Below are positions 28,018 through 41,603 of a stretch of 64,000 nt of DNA, piece after piece. A program made the translations under genes and the position numbers. The notes under the pieces were generated by a model. That model had not been told where the DNA came from and did no database searches. It saw only the letters and a program-made list of their open reading frames with translations. Origin of the DNA: the human T2T-CHM13v2.0 reference genome, Homo sapiens; the NCBI RefSeq assembly GCF_009914755.1, contig NC_060935.1; one strand, written 5' to 3'. How positions within the stretch are numbered: position 1 is the stretch's first letter; every line of letters starts with the position of its first letter.

Positions 28018-28849
28018 CTGTAACGAAAATGTAATTTAGAGATTGACATCTTCTCTCCACAGAAACACTTGTAGGTTTTAAATAAAATGATCATTTTCCA
28101 GATAGCCTGGCAGGAGGACTGCCCACACTCTACCAAAGATTCTGCCACCATCACTTTTATCTCAGCAGCTAAAGCTTTCCCTAAGACAACCAATTTCCCT
28201 GCTACAATGCTCTGGTACCCTAAGCGGGGTAAGTATGTGCATATGTGTGTTACCAGTAGCAACAGTGATCAAAAGTTTTAGAGAACAAATACAATCAATA
28301 AGAATATTATGGAAAGTTCTGCCTGCAAAAAAAGATCCTCTATGAGACAAAGAAAGAGACTTAATTAAGTATAAAGATTAAGAGAATAGTATGAAAAAAG
28401 ATACCATGGAAAATTAGGAACCTCACGTGCCTAATTCTGAAACAGCTAGAGAATTTTGTCAGGGAATATTGTATTTTCTCAGCTAAGTCTGAGTAAGAAA
28501 AAACTAAAATGTGATGAAGCTAATTATGCCTAAATTAACTAATCATGTATTCATTAATATTTAGAAATCTTACAAAGGTGGAACAAAAATGAATTAAATT
28601 AAGTGTAACAGGATGTTAAACAAGACTTTTCCTACTGCCTCTGAGTTTTGACAGAAACATCAAAGGTTGAGTATAAGAGGTGTCAGGTAATGCTCTATTC
28701 TATTCTAAAGCAAGGTGCTATGTGATCTGGGCAGAGTATGTAAAGGCAGCCATCCAAAACTAGTTCAGTACACATTAGTCTTTAGCCTACATCCAGTTAT
28801 GTAAAAGAATATGAAGAATTCATAGGCATGTTGAAATGGATGCTTAATA

Positions 28850-29020
28850 ACAATGTAGGTGTCTAGAATCCTAGCCTCAGAGGTTTTGATTCTGAAGGTG
28901 TGGACCCACCCCCCACCCAAAAAATATACATTAACAGGTGTTTCAAGTTATTCCAATTATAAAATTCTGGGGATTTCTATGTGTGTGGTTAATAAGCCAA
29001 ACTTTGGAAACCATGTACTA
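28850..29020. mobile_element. MER5-like hAT-Charlie remnant
   Basis: cagaggttttgattctgaaggtgtgg...aactttggaaaccatg. Confidence 0.5.
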
Positions 29021-29084
29021 GAATAATGAGGGCAGTGAGGAAATGAAAAATCAAATGTTTAAACTTAGAAATAGTAAGAAACAT

Positions 29085-29830
29085 GTTGTCTCTGTGCTGG
29101 GTTCTGGGCACAGAGCTTCTAACTCCCTTGACATTCCTTGAGTGATAGAAGCATCTTTTGTCCTAATGAGGGGATTCTTGGAAGGCTCCTGAATGAGGGC
29201 TGGTCACCAGAAAGACCAAGTCATGATTCAAATACTGGAACTTTTAGTGTCCCTGTGCCTTCTCTTAGGAGAAAAGAGGAGCTGGAGAATGAGTTAATAA
29301 TCAATCATGCCTCCATAAAAATCAACAGAATATAGGATTTGGAAAGATTCTAGGTTTGTGAACACATCCATGTGCCAGGAGGGTGGTGCATCCCAACTCC
29401 ACAGGAACAGAAGCTCCTGTCCTCAGGACACTTCCAGACCTTGCCCTGTGTACCTCTTCATCTGACTGTTCATGTGTATCCTTTATCATATCCTTCATAA
29501 TAAACTGGTAAACATAAGTAAATGTTTCTCTGAGTTCTGTGAGCCATTCTAGCAGATTATCAAACCCAACGAGGGGGTCATGAGAATCCCGACATATAGC
29601 TGGTTGGTCAGGAGTATAGGTGATAACCTGGGACTTGTGACTGGTGTTTTAAGTGAAGGCAGTCTTGTGGGACTGAGCCCTTAACTTGTGGGATCTAATG
29701 CTAACTCCTGGTAGATAGTGGCAGAACTAAATTGAATTGTAGGACACACAGCAGGTGTCCACTGAGAACTGAAGAATTGCTTGATGTGAAAAAAAAAATA
29801 ACACATCTAATATCAGAAGTGAAGTGTATG
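29085..29830 (+). mobile_element. MER21-family LTR
   Basis: gggctggtcaccagaaagaccaag; cccaactccacaggaacagaagctcctg; aataaactggtaaac; ggactgagcccttaacttgtgggatct. Confidence 0.82.
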
Positions 29831-30344
29831 AAGTAGAGAAAACTACAAAAATATTATAAAGGAGAAATGATTTGATGATTGAATAAATGAGGTGGAGGTT
29901 AGAGAGAGTAGATAAGGGTAAGTCTCAGATGTCAAAATTGGGAAAAGAAGAGGAACATGACACTATTAAAGGAAAATGAAATGAGAATGGAGCAGAGGCA
30001 GGCAGAGATGTGAAAAATAAGAAGAGTTCTAATAGTTATGTAAAAGTGTTTAATATTAAATAAAATATCTTTCAGGGTATAACTGACCCCTAAGCTAAGG
30101 ATCCCATTCTAAGGCTTTGACAATGTAATTGTTGCTCAAAACAACTTCAGCATTAGGTGGGGTGATGAAGGTATTGGGGGAAGTTGTCTTTCTGAGGATC
30201 TTTCTATATTATAATTAATAAAGGAAAAGAGAAGCTTTTTAAATTTTGACTTGGGGTCCAGAACTAAAATGATGGTTATGATAATAATGATTATCCAAGA
30301 AAAAACAGACTGTGAGAATTTGAATGGAAGTGAGGGGCTATCCC

Positions 30345-30470
30345 AGTTGAGTTCTCATTTTATAGATGAATAAAATGAGATGCAGAGAGATGAAGTGAGC
30401 TGGTCAAAATCACAGCACTAGTTATTATACAAATAGGAACCAGAACCCAGAATGTCTGACTTAAGCTCAA
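30345..30470 (-). mobile_element. MIR/MIR3 fragment
   Basis: ctcattttatagatgaataaaatgag...ggtcaaaatcacag. Confidence 0.6.
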
Positions 30471-31419
30471 CATCTCAATTAGATCAGAAAAGTATAATGG
30501 AAGTTATTTTGTGTAAGTGGAAGACTGAAAATGGAGTCAACATCTTAGTCTCACTAATTATAATTTGACACAATCTCAGTAACTTAATACATATTGATAT
30601 AATCATAATGTTTTTATACAACTGTATTAAAATAATCACCAGTTTTATACTATAACAAATTCTCCTAAGGTACTGAGAAAGTTCATATTTCAAACCCTGA
30701 ATGAAGAAATAACAAAAACAATATTGCTAGTCTTTAAAGCTGTCAATCCCAAGCTTAGAAGTATACTCTTTTCAAAATAATAAAAAAGAGTGATTGCTGT
30801 AATGCTTTGATAGAAATGTGTTGGGTTGCGATAAAATTTAGATCATTTTAATGTGTAGGGGCTATAACTCAATGCAGCTTCATTGCTTACAAGCAATCTC
30901 TCCTGTTTCATAAATTATTGTGAGTATATTTCTTCGAGATAAATGAAATGGCAAATGATAATTTTTCAAAGTATACGACATCTGCAATTGGCAATTAATA
31001 AACTGATGTTAACCATACAAATCTGTAAAATTCAGAATTTTGTCTTTTTATCGAATTACGGTGTTGCCTTGATGATGAATTATGCTGATTTGAGTTTCGA
31101 CTTTCTGAACTTACAGCATCTTCTCTCAAAACTAATACAACAGAAAAGATGTCCACCAAGCTGGCAACTGTGTGAGGGCAGAGACCATGTATCCTCAGAG
31201 CTGATCACAAGGCCTGGCATGTAACAGGATATTAAAGCTATCTTTGAATAAATAAAAACGTGAATAAAGTGTCAGAATGTTACTACCCTAAAAATTAATC
31301 ATAAAGCCATCTGAAAATGTTTTAAATTTAATATATGGCTGTTTAGGGAACTTAAAAGATCTTTTTGATAGATGGCTAAAGAAGATAAATTACACATTTG
31401 TTAAGAAAAAAAGAAATAA

Positions 31420-31773
<354 letters not shown>

Positions 31774-32604
31774 TTATCAAGCTTCAATTCTGTTCTGGCA
31801 TATCTTTTCCTAGAAAATTCTACTAAAACCATGTAGTCTTATATAATCTATAACCTCTGGGAGCTTACTAGTATCACTCCTGTTGGTAGTCTACTTAAAT
31901 CTATAAATGTTGTCCCTAAATTTTACCGAAGTTGTAAAAAAACAAACCTCTCATGAAGTGCCACGTTAGGCTGGATGAAAAGGTATCATTCTAATTTACA
32001 ATAACTTCTTAAAGAAATAAAATTTCTACACACAAAAGTGTATCTGCCTATTTTTCAAGACATTTCATATGCAGAAAAATCAAATTTAGATCCAACATAC
32101 AGTGATGCTCAGATGAGACTGATTTAGAGAATGATATCATAGACTCTCCTCTTCTTGATCAAAAAGCACCAAGCTAAAAAGATTTTTTAAAAACAAAAAA
32201 TAACAACGACATCAATAACGAAAGGAAGGGAAAATGGAGGAGCTATATTCCATCCAAGAATCAGTCATAATATCATGACATACACTGAACTAAGGTTGAG
32301 AGACTTGAGTTCTAGTCCTGCATCTAACGTTAACTAGACATATGACCTTTAGTAGATCACTTAGTCTCTAGTGGCCTTGCAATTTTTTTTTAATAATGAT
32401 GATACTCTTATCACAACTGCCATTATCACCACCTCTACTACCACTAGTAAAGAGAATTTTGAAGCAGGCATTCTTCAGATCCTTCCTTCTCTGAAATCAT
32501 ATGACTTCCAAGTGTTCTCATTTTACAAGTGAGGGAACTGAGAATGATCTGCCCTGGGAAGCTTGCTAAGTAGTGTAACCCTATTAAGCATGCATATGTT
32601 AAAT

Positions 32605-32810
32605 GTCTATATAGGTAATATAGATACAGATATCACCCATACAGCTATATCGATATGTGATATAGATACAGATATGATATAGATATAGATATCTATATCT
32701 ATACATCACACACATATATGTGTGTAATACATCTACACATATATATGTGCATAATACATTTACACATATATATGTGTGTAATACATTTACACATATATAT
32801 ATATCTGTTT
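32605..32810. repeat. AT-rich low-complexity tract with a 26-bp perfect palindrome (32678-32703) and ~3 copies of a 27-bp minisatellite acacatatatatgtgtgtaatacattt
   Basis: Direct reading. The repeated peptide CVIHLHIYM in ORF 32718..33035 reflects the 27-bp period. Confidence 0.88.
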
Positions 32811-33496
32811 GTATGTGTTTATACACTCACACATTCATCATTTCCTGGTAACTATATGGAGGGCTATTATCATGCTTCAGGATCACAAGTTTCTTTTCTC
32901 AGACAGCCTCAAATGGCTCTGGTGTCTACCAATGCTACCCGGGCCAAAAGTAGAATGCACGTAGAGGATGGGGAAAGTGATTTCCAGTCCATAATTCATA
33001 ACATAGTAAGAACAAAGACAAGGTTCATTCAGTAATCCACATAGTGTGAAATTACACATGGACAACTTTCTATTTGATGTTGACGTTTCTAATGGTGTAA
33101 CCTATATGTGTTAATACAACTTCTGTCTGCTGCTATTCCTTAACATTATACAGCTACACTTGCTGATTGTATGTAAAGGAGTCCTTAAAGCAGCGTGTGT
33201 TTTTAACCTAGTCCGGTAATGTTTGCCAGTTGTCACTCCATTTTTAGCAAGACCTAAATGGCAATAAAAAAAATGGATGCAAAAAGCTATAACTGAAAAA
33301 TTAACCTTGAAATATGAAAGACGGTAAAGATTACTTGAAATTGGACAGGGTTCCATGTAAGTCTGAAACTTCTTTTATGGATCATCTTTAAGATAGAACA
33401 TTCAGTTCTGTATTTATTCTGATTTAAGAAACGTACAGACTAAAGATAGAAAAGAGGTCTCCTTTGGCAGGTCCATTAGTCCATTGATTTTACATG

Positions 33497-33868
33497 TAGG
33501 GGCTTTTGCAAATTCAAAAGCTTTTATGGGCCAGACAGGTATTAGAAATTCATGAAGCAGTGAGAGCCAGCATGAGGGCTGCCAAAGGGAACGGTGGAGA
33601 ATATGGCAAACTGGAGGATGTATGTTCCATCTAAAGGGGACATCACCACTCAGTTCCTTCCTGATGGGTGTCATGACAGAATTCAGATCCAGTGCCATTT
33701 CAGATTTTTTCTGAAAAAATGAAAACCCATTTCAGATTTTTTCAAGAAAAGCCAGAAGTATGTCACTTTTGTGTGAAATCTTCCTATTTCTATAGGCTCA
33801 CGACTAATTCAAAAATTGTAATAACATGCAAGCCAAACAAAATCCATGGGTTAACAGTTTTTAACCTT
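33497..33868 (+). mobile_element. MER102-like hAT-Charlie element
   Basis: gggccagacaggt...ggcaaactggag...tctaaagggg...ttttcaagaaaagccagaa...gtgaaatct...gccaaacaaaa. Confidence 0.7.
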
Positions 33869-34957
33869 TATAATCTAATCTTCCTCTGTGCGTGCATGTG
33901 TGTGCAAGTGTTTGATGTTATGTTAGTTTTTTAGTTGAACACTAAAGTCCAGATACCCTGCATATCTGCAATCCTTAAAAATGAAGCAATATCAATATTG
34001 AATGGTGCTCTGAAAAATAACTTCGATTCAACTAGTTTATCTGTAAGGTGTCCAAAATATCTTTTGGAAAATAGCATTTTTAAATGATTTTTGAGATGGT
34101 TTAGGTCACCTGGTAAAGAGATTGTTGGTTTACCTTTCATCCATTAACAGTCAGATGCACAGATAGAAAAATATATATATTAAAAGGGAAAATACACACG
34201 AGCACTTGCTATATTGAATAAGAATAAGATTATTAACACCAAATGAGACATAATTGAACTAATGAGGCATGATATGTTTATAATATTCTTTTGTGAGTTG
34301 TCAGGTTGCTACTTTAAGTACTAGTTCTATTATTTCTAGCATGTAAAGGCTATGTCTTGATTCACAGCTTTTGTTAAAATTATATACTACTTAGAAAAAG
34401 AGAAAATTTTTATCTCTAGAAATTGCTGTCACATGAAGATATTTATTGTTATTTATAATAAAATATGGTTATCTTAAAAAAAAACAAGTCACACAGTCAT
34501 TTTAGATGTCCTGGAAAAGATAAATGTGTTTGAAATTACCCAGAGGTGAGGTAAACTCTAAAAATTTTGGTCCTTCCTGCTTTCTAAAATGAAGTATAAC
34601 TTCATAGTCAGTGAGAACTTCCAGTTTTCTAAATTTCCTATTTTGGCTCCACCTTGGATTTCGCTTTTTGGATAAAGGCAAGTTAAAAGGTGAGCAGGAG
34701 GGAGGATCCCTACACAATTAGGATGATATGCCTTTGTATTAATGCAACTTGCCTTCAACTTAAGTACTTCCCTCCCTCTCTTCCTTCCTTCTTTTCTAGA
34801 TTAAACAAAATCTTTTCTTATTTTTGTTTGTTTGCTTGTTTCATGAACATCTCTTTTCTTGCCCAAGCTTTCTCCTCTATAGGTAATAAGAACATTGAGT
34901 CTTCAGCCTCAGCCCACTCAATTCCATGACAATCTTGACCAGAGTAGAAGTAGACCT

Positions 34958-35047
34958 CAATATTTCATCAGCTGATCTGGTCTTAGCCCACTGAGGTAAT
35001 GGGCTTAGCCTCAATGGGCTAAGACCAGATCAGCTGATGAGATGTTG
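34958..35047. repeat. Near-perfect inverted repeat (39-bp arms, 12-nt loop); candidate pre-miRNA-like hairpin
   Basis: Arms 34958-34996 and 35009-35047 pair in register with 36/39 Watson-Crick pairs. The hairpin is certain; its function is not. Confidence 0.9.
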
Positions 35048-35792
35048 CAGTACTTTCAGTATCCGGTGTGCCTAGTGAGAGTCCTGGGCATGAAGAGTAT
35101 GCCCATCAAGCTATCTATAACTTTCCAATCACCTGCCATTTTGACCTAGGCCATTGATGAACTATCCCATTGAGAAAGGCCTTCTCTCACTGTCTCCTTC
35201 TAAAGTAACCATTTAGTCATTCCTTATCATTTTTATTTTTTCTTAATTGTTTTTAAGGTTTTTTTTTTTAAAAAAAACTGCTTTATTGAAAAATAATTGA
35301 CATACAGTATTGCACAATTAGTAGGCACATATTCAAAGGGTAAAATTTGGTAAGTTTTGAAATATATATACATCTGTGCAAGCAACACAACAATCAGGAT
35401 AATGAACATATCCACATCTGTCATGCAAAATGAATCACTCCTAAAGTTTATTTATGCCCTTTTTTAATCTCTCCCTCCTGTCCCTTCCCCATCATCCTAT
35501 CTTCAGGCAACCACTGATCTGCTTTCCATTACTCTACATTAGTTAGCATTTTCTAAATTATATATATATTGAATCAAACAATATGTACTTTTTTTGTTTT
35601 ATTTTCTACTTTCCTTCAGCGTAATTACTTTGAGATTCATCTACATTGTTGAATATATCAAGAGTTTATTCCTTTTTATTGCTGGGTATTCTATTGTATA
35701 GATTATCTGTTCACCTATGGATGGGATGGACATTTGAGTTATTTCTAGTTTTTTTTTCTGTAGGCTTTTAGAAATAAAGCTGCTAAGAACAT

Positions 35793-36124
35793 TGATTGAT
35801 TGATTGATTGATTGATTGACACAGGGTCTCGCTCTGTCACTCAGGGAGAAGTGCAGTGGTGCAATCACGGCTCACTGCTGCATCGACCTTCCAGGCTCAA
35901 ACAATCCTCCTGCCACAGCCTCCTGAGTAGGTGAGACTACAGGGGCACACAACCATGCTCAGATAATTTTTAATTTTTTAGTTAAAAATTTTTAATTTTT
36001 GTAGACACAGGGTCTCACTATGTTGCCCAGGCTGGTCTCAAACTCCCGGTCTCAAGCAATCCCTCCCTCCTCCCTCAGCCTCCCAAAGTTCTGGGATTAC
36101 AGGTGTGAGCCACTATGCCTGGCC
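35793..36124 (-). mobile_element. AluJ with (AATC)n tail
   Basis: (GATT)n followed by a reverse J-type Alu. TSD ct(a/a)(a/t)gaacatt (ctaagaacatt / ctatgaacatt). Confidence 0.9.
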
Positions 36125-38804
36125 ACTATGAACATTTATACATGAACAAAGTATACATTCTTCGTATGAATGTATGCTTTCATTTTCTTTGCATAAATTT
36201 CTAGGAGTAGAATGGCTGGGTCATAAGGTAGATGGATGCTTAATATTTTAGGAAAGTATCAACTGTTTTCCAAAGTAACTAAACCACTTTATATTTCCAC
36301 CAACGACTTATGAGAGTTCTAGTTGTACCACATACTCACCAATACTGGTATGGTCAATCTTTTAAAGATTAGACATTCTAACAAATATGTAGTGATGCTT
36401 CATTGTAGGTTTATTTGGCATTCCCCTAATGAATAATAGTGTTGAGCATATTTTCATATGCCAATTGTATATCTTCCCTGTTAAAGTAACTCTCCAAATC
36501 ATTTATCCCCATGTTTTCTTGAATTGTGTGTATGTATTTTGCAAATATATATGACTTGCAAATATTTGCATCTTGTGTGTGGCTTGTCTTTTCATTCTCT
36601 CTTCATTCACTGTCTTTCAGAGAATAGAAATGTTTAATATTGTTGAAGTGTAACTTGTCGATTTTTATTTTTGTGGATCATGCTTTTGGTGTCATATCTG
36701 AGAAAGTTTTGCCTAATGGAAGGTCACAAATAGTTTCTCCTATGTTTTTATCTAAGATACCTACAGTTTTAGGTTTTACATTTAGGTCTATGATCATTTA
36801 GAGCTAATTATTCTTAAGCTATTCTTGCACTCCTGGGATAAACCCCACTTGTTCATGATACATCTTTTTATAAATTGTTGTATTCCATTTGCTAAAATTT
36901 TGTTAATCATTTTTTGCACTTATAGTCATGAGAGATACTGGTCTATGATTTTTTCCCTAAGTTTTGTGACCAGGATAATGCTGACCCCCTAGAATCAGAT
37001 GGGAAGTATTCCTTCTTATTTCTTTTCTGGATAAGATTGTGTAGAATTGGTATTATTTTTCCTAAAATGTTTGCAGAATTTCCCAGTGAAGCTAGTGAAG
37101 TAATCTGGGTCTGGAGTTTTCTTTGTAGGAAGGTTTTCCATTTCTTTAAGAGATGTAGGACTATTCAGGTTTCCCATTTTTTCTTGAGTAGGCATTGGTG
37201 ATTTGTGTCTTTTAAGGGAATTGGTCTTTACCACCTAAATGACAAATTTACTGGCACATGGTTGTTCAAAATATTCCCTTATCATCCCTTTAATAACTGC
37301 GTGATATCTCTCATTGCTGATACAGGTAATTTGTGTCCTCTCTTTTTATCTGAACAATCTGACTAGAGATTTATTAGTTTTTTTTAATCTTTTCAAAAAA
37401 ATCCAGCTTTTAATTTCATTGGTTTTCTTTTTTTTCTATTTTACTGATTTCCACTCTTTTATTATCCCATTTCTTCTGCTTACTTTGTGTTTCATTGGCT
37501 CTTACAGTTTCTTAGAGTGGAAGCTGAAGTCATTGATTTAATATCTTTCTTCTTTTCTTACACAGACATTTATATAACATTCCCTCTGAAAACCTCGGCA
37601 GTGTTTCATAAATTTTAATATGTTGTATTTTCATTTTCATTCAGTTCAAAATACTTGCTAATTTCCATTTTGATGCCTTCTTTGATTCATGGGTTTGTTA
37701 TAAATGTGTTCAAATATCTGGGGGTTTTGCAGAAAACTTGCCACTATATTTTAGTTTAACTCCATTATCATCAGAGAACACACTCTATATTACTTGAATT
37801 TTCTTAAACTTATTTAAACTTGTTTCATAGCCATTATATAGACTATTTTGGTTAACATGCTATGTACTTTAAAAAATGCATCTTCTGCTGTTATTGAATG
37901 CATTTTTCTATAAATATCAATTAGGTAAAGTTGGTCTGTAATGTTATTCTAGTCATCTATATCCTTACAGATTTTTTCACTTGTTCTGTTAATTATGAAA
38001 CAGGGTATTATTGTTGCTCACTAGAGTTTTAGATGTTTCTCTTTTTCCTGGCAATTCTATCAGCTTTCACTTCAGGTATTTTGAAGCTGTGCCATTTTTA
38101 AAAAATTAGAATCGTTATGTTCTCGTGATAAATTAACCCCTTAATCATCAAATGGCCCTATTTATCCCTAGTAATATTCTTTTTACTGACGTCTACTTTA
38201 TCTGATATTAATATATCCATTCTTACTTTCTTTGTATTAATTTTATCATTGTATATATTTTTCATGAATTTACTTTCAACATATTTGTTTCTTTATATTT
38301 AAAGTTAATTTCTTATAGGTAGCATATAGATGGATGTTGTTTTTTATCTAATCTAATAATGTCTGATTATTAAATGGGGTGTTTACATTATTTATATTTA
38401 ATGCAATTATTGATACACGTGGCTTTAAGCCTACCATCTTGTTATTTATTTTCTATTTCTGTTCTTTGTTCCCCTTTTCCTCTTTGTCTTGATTTGGATT
38501 AATTATTTTTAATATTTCATTTTATTTACTTTTTTGGCTTGTTAGCTATAACTCTCTACTATTTTAATGATTGCTTTGGTGATTATATATTTTTAACTTA
38601 TCATAATCTACTTTCATTTGATATCACATCATTTCACAAATGGTATAAAAAAATCTTTCTTCCATTTCTCTCCTAGTGGCATTTGTGTTATTTCCATCAC
38701 ACATTTTATTTCTACATATTATCTCCACAATATATTATTATTATCACTATTGCTTTAAACAATCAATTATTTTTTAAAGAGACAAAAATAATTAGCACTG
38801 TGGG

Positions 38805-39091
38805 GTTTTGGGGGTGTTTTGTTTTTGACACACAGGCTTGCTCTGTCACTCAGGTTGGAGTGTAGTGGTGCAATCATGGCTCACTATAGCCTCGACCTCC
38901 TGCCTCAGCCTCCCAAGGAGCTGGAACTACAGGTGTAGACCTTCACTGAACCTGACTAATTTTTCTATTTTTTGTAGAGATGGAATTCCACATGTCACCC
39001 ATGCTGGTCTCAAATTCCTGGGCTCAAGTGATCTGCCCACCTCAGTATCCCAAAATGCTGGAATTACGGGCATGAGCCACCATGCCAGGCC
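38805..39091 (-). mobile_element. AluJ with a small internal deletion
   Basis: Reverse J-type Alu. The join tcgacctcctg|cctcagcc lacks the ctcaag-containing segment. TSD-like tagcactgt / tagcattgt. Confidence 0.85.
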
Positions 39092-40090
39092 TAGTAGCAT
39101 TGTTATATTACCTATATAGTCACCATTGCCAGTGCTCTATATTTCCATCTGGTATCATTTTACTTCTGTCTGAAGGACTTCCTCTAACATTGCTTGTCAT
39201 GAAGATCTGCTGGTGATGAGTTCTTCAGTTTGTGAATATCTTAAGGTCTTTATATTGCCTTAATTTTTGAAAGACATTTTCACTGGGGAAAGTTTTCTAT
39301 ATTAACGGGTTCCTCCCCACCTCCTCTTTTAGTATTTTAAAGATGTTTTTCCACTGTCTTCTTACTTCCATTGTTACCAACAAGAAATCTGCTGTCAGCC
39401 TTATTTTAGCTCCTCTTGTACATAATACGCCTGTTCTCTCTGCTTTTAAGATTTTCTCTTTATCACTAATTTTAAACAATTCTATGATAATGTGCCTTGG
39501 TTTTGTCTCTTCATGCTTCTTGTGCTTGGAATTTGTTGAGTTCCTTGGATCAGTGGGTTATAGCTCTCAATTTTGCACATAGAAATTGTTCAGACACTAT
39601 TTCCTCCAATATTTTTCTTTTCCTTGCTTTAACCTGTCAGAGACTATAAATACTCAGAAATTGGGCCATATGAAATTTTCTCACATCTCACTGATGCTCC
39701 GTTCTTTTTTTTTTTTTTGAAGTATTTGTTTTCTCTCCGGTTTTCCTTGTGAATAGTTTTGTTATCTTCTCAAGTTCACTGCTATTTTCTTCCACATTGT
39801 CTAATCTGGCATTAGACATGTTTAGTATACTTTGTCTCATATATTGTAGTTTTAATCTCTTGAAATTTGAGTTCTTTTATATCTTCCATGTATTTAGTTA
39901 ACATGTTCAATCTTTCCTCTAGCTTCTTGAATATACAGAATACAGTTAAAACAGCTGCTTTAATGTCCCATCCAGTAATTCTATCATCTGTGTCATTTTT
40001 GGGTCAGTTACAATTGATTGATTTTTCTCTTTAGTATAACTGTGGACTAAATGAGCTGAAGCATCTCTGGCTCCCTGTTCCATAGTTTCG

Positions 40091-40113
40091 CATTGGCATT
40101 GGCATTGGCATTG
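40091..40113. repeat. (CATTGG)4 hexamer repeat
   Basis: Direct reading of the sequence. Confidence 0.85.
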
Positions 40114-40414
40114 CAAGTTCATGCTCAATGTGAGTCTAGTTTACAGAACTCATTTTGCTTCAGAAATCTTATTACCCAGTCTGCGTACAGTTCCATACCA
40201 AACTGAGACTTGCTTTAGGGTTGTCTGCCACTACTTAGGAACTATGTATTTAGGACTCTATTAGCACTGGAGAGTTTGCATAACACCAAGCTAACATCTT
40301 CCTTTCCCATCTGCCTGATTTTTTCAAGTGATGTACCCTGCTCATCCACTAAGGTATCTGCTACCACACTTGGCGCTCACTGGCAATTGTCTGACTGGAC
40401 TTTAACTGACTGAC

Positions 40415-40660
40415 AGTGTAGTGTTGTGGCTAAGTGTCTACTTTCAGGTTATAGGGCCTGACTGCTTGGGTTTGCCTTCCTGCCAAACCACTTAGTAGGT
40501 ATGGCCTTGAGCAGGTGATTAACTTCTCTGTACCTCAATATCCTCACCTGTAAAGATAATAATGATACCTACCCTATCAGATTGTTGTAAGGATAAAATT
40601 TGACAATGAGATTTAAGGACATTAGAATAGTATCTGGCTTAGACACTTTGTTGTTAGAGT
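40415..40660 (+). mobile_element. MIR
   Basis: ccttgagcaggtgattaacttctctgtacctcaatatcctcacctgtaaa...gttgtaaggataaa. Confidence 0.8.
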
Positions 40661-41484
40661 AAGCAGTGCAGACTGGATCTATACCTGGGAATTTGAGTCT
40701 GTAGATCACATTCTTAATCATTACATGATATCCTTATATCTGCTTTGCAAGTTAGAGAAAACTTCCCTTCTGTATTTATGGCTGGATCAACTTCTCTGAT
40801 GATTGCAGCCTAAGCATATCCTAAGTGCCTATATAGCCAGAAGTAGTTGGTAATGGCTTTTTAAGTCCTGAGGTATGATAGAAATTGTTTTTTTCAACAC
40901 TAAGTGAAAACAAACATCAAAACAAAAGACCAAGAAAAAAGAAAGTGACTAGAAAACAATATTTTGAGACTCTTGGAGATAAATCAACTTTCTTCCTCAA
41001 TCTGCTTTCCTTTATTATATCTTCCTAAATCAGAAAAAAACAAATAAGAAGGACACTTACAGTCCGTTACAAGCCAGCATTTTTTGGTCTCTGTGATTAT
41101 TCTTTCACAGTTCAATGTTTTGTATTCAGAAGATGGAAAAAGGTTATGAATATACACAAAAATTTAAGTTTGTTAATTAACAATCAAAATGGATATAAAG
41201 AAATGAGTTCTGATAATTATAGAGTAAAGCAGCAGTTTGTCTACGACATAGATACATGTTGAAGGCCAACATTTCACCTTTTAAATATCTTTAAAACACT
41301 ACCAAACTAAGTGGCATACATTTTCAAGCTTACTTTGGATTCAGAAATTAATATTGTTATTATGAACACAAATTTAAACATTGAATGAATATTCAATCCA
41401 AACCAGGAGGCATCACAATTGAACTGCTCAGAATTCTTGAAATTAGCATTTATTATCTTGAGCTAAATAATTTATAAGCATTAC

Positions 41485-41603
41485 CTTTTCTGTAAGATTA
41501 ATTTATATCCTTCTAGTGATGTTCCCTCAGCAGCCTTGACTCTGATAGGATGACCAATAGCCAGGCAGCCCTGAGTTATCGCTCGGCTCAGGATCATTCC
41601 AGT
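41485..41603 (-). CDS. DCDC1: DCDC1 exon F (119 nt, phase 0-2): TGMILSRAITQGCLAIGHPIRVKAAEGTSLEGYKLILQK(R)
   Basis: Pyrimidine tract ttctccccctctctattc followed by an AAG acceptor; donor AG|GTAATG. Phases match exons E and G. Confidence 0.9.

Larger units (their letters stand above)
35240..40030 (-). mobile_element. Long degenerate L1M (3'UTR, ORF2 fragments, ORF1 remnant), sense to DCDC1, with two AluJ insertions
   Basis: Reverse 3'UTR caggcaaccactgatctgctttc. ORF2-like peptide LPTKKTPDPD..FTGKF (ORF 37016..37234). ORF1p-like peptide DKEKILKA...IRLTADF...RRQWKNIFKILKE (ORF 39297..39479). Confidence 0.85.

Noticed and set aside
28018-28262. ~80-codon in-frame extension upstream of exon G
   Set aside because: A good acceptor at 28017 matches the phase of exon F. 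The extension has no recognisable motif and is bounded by a stop, so chance openness is likely.
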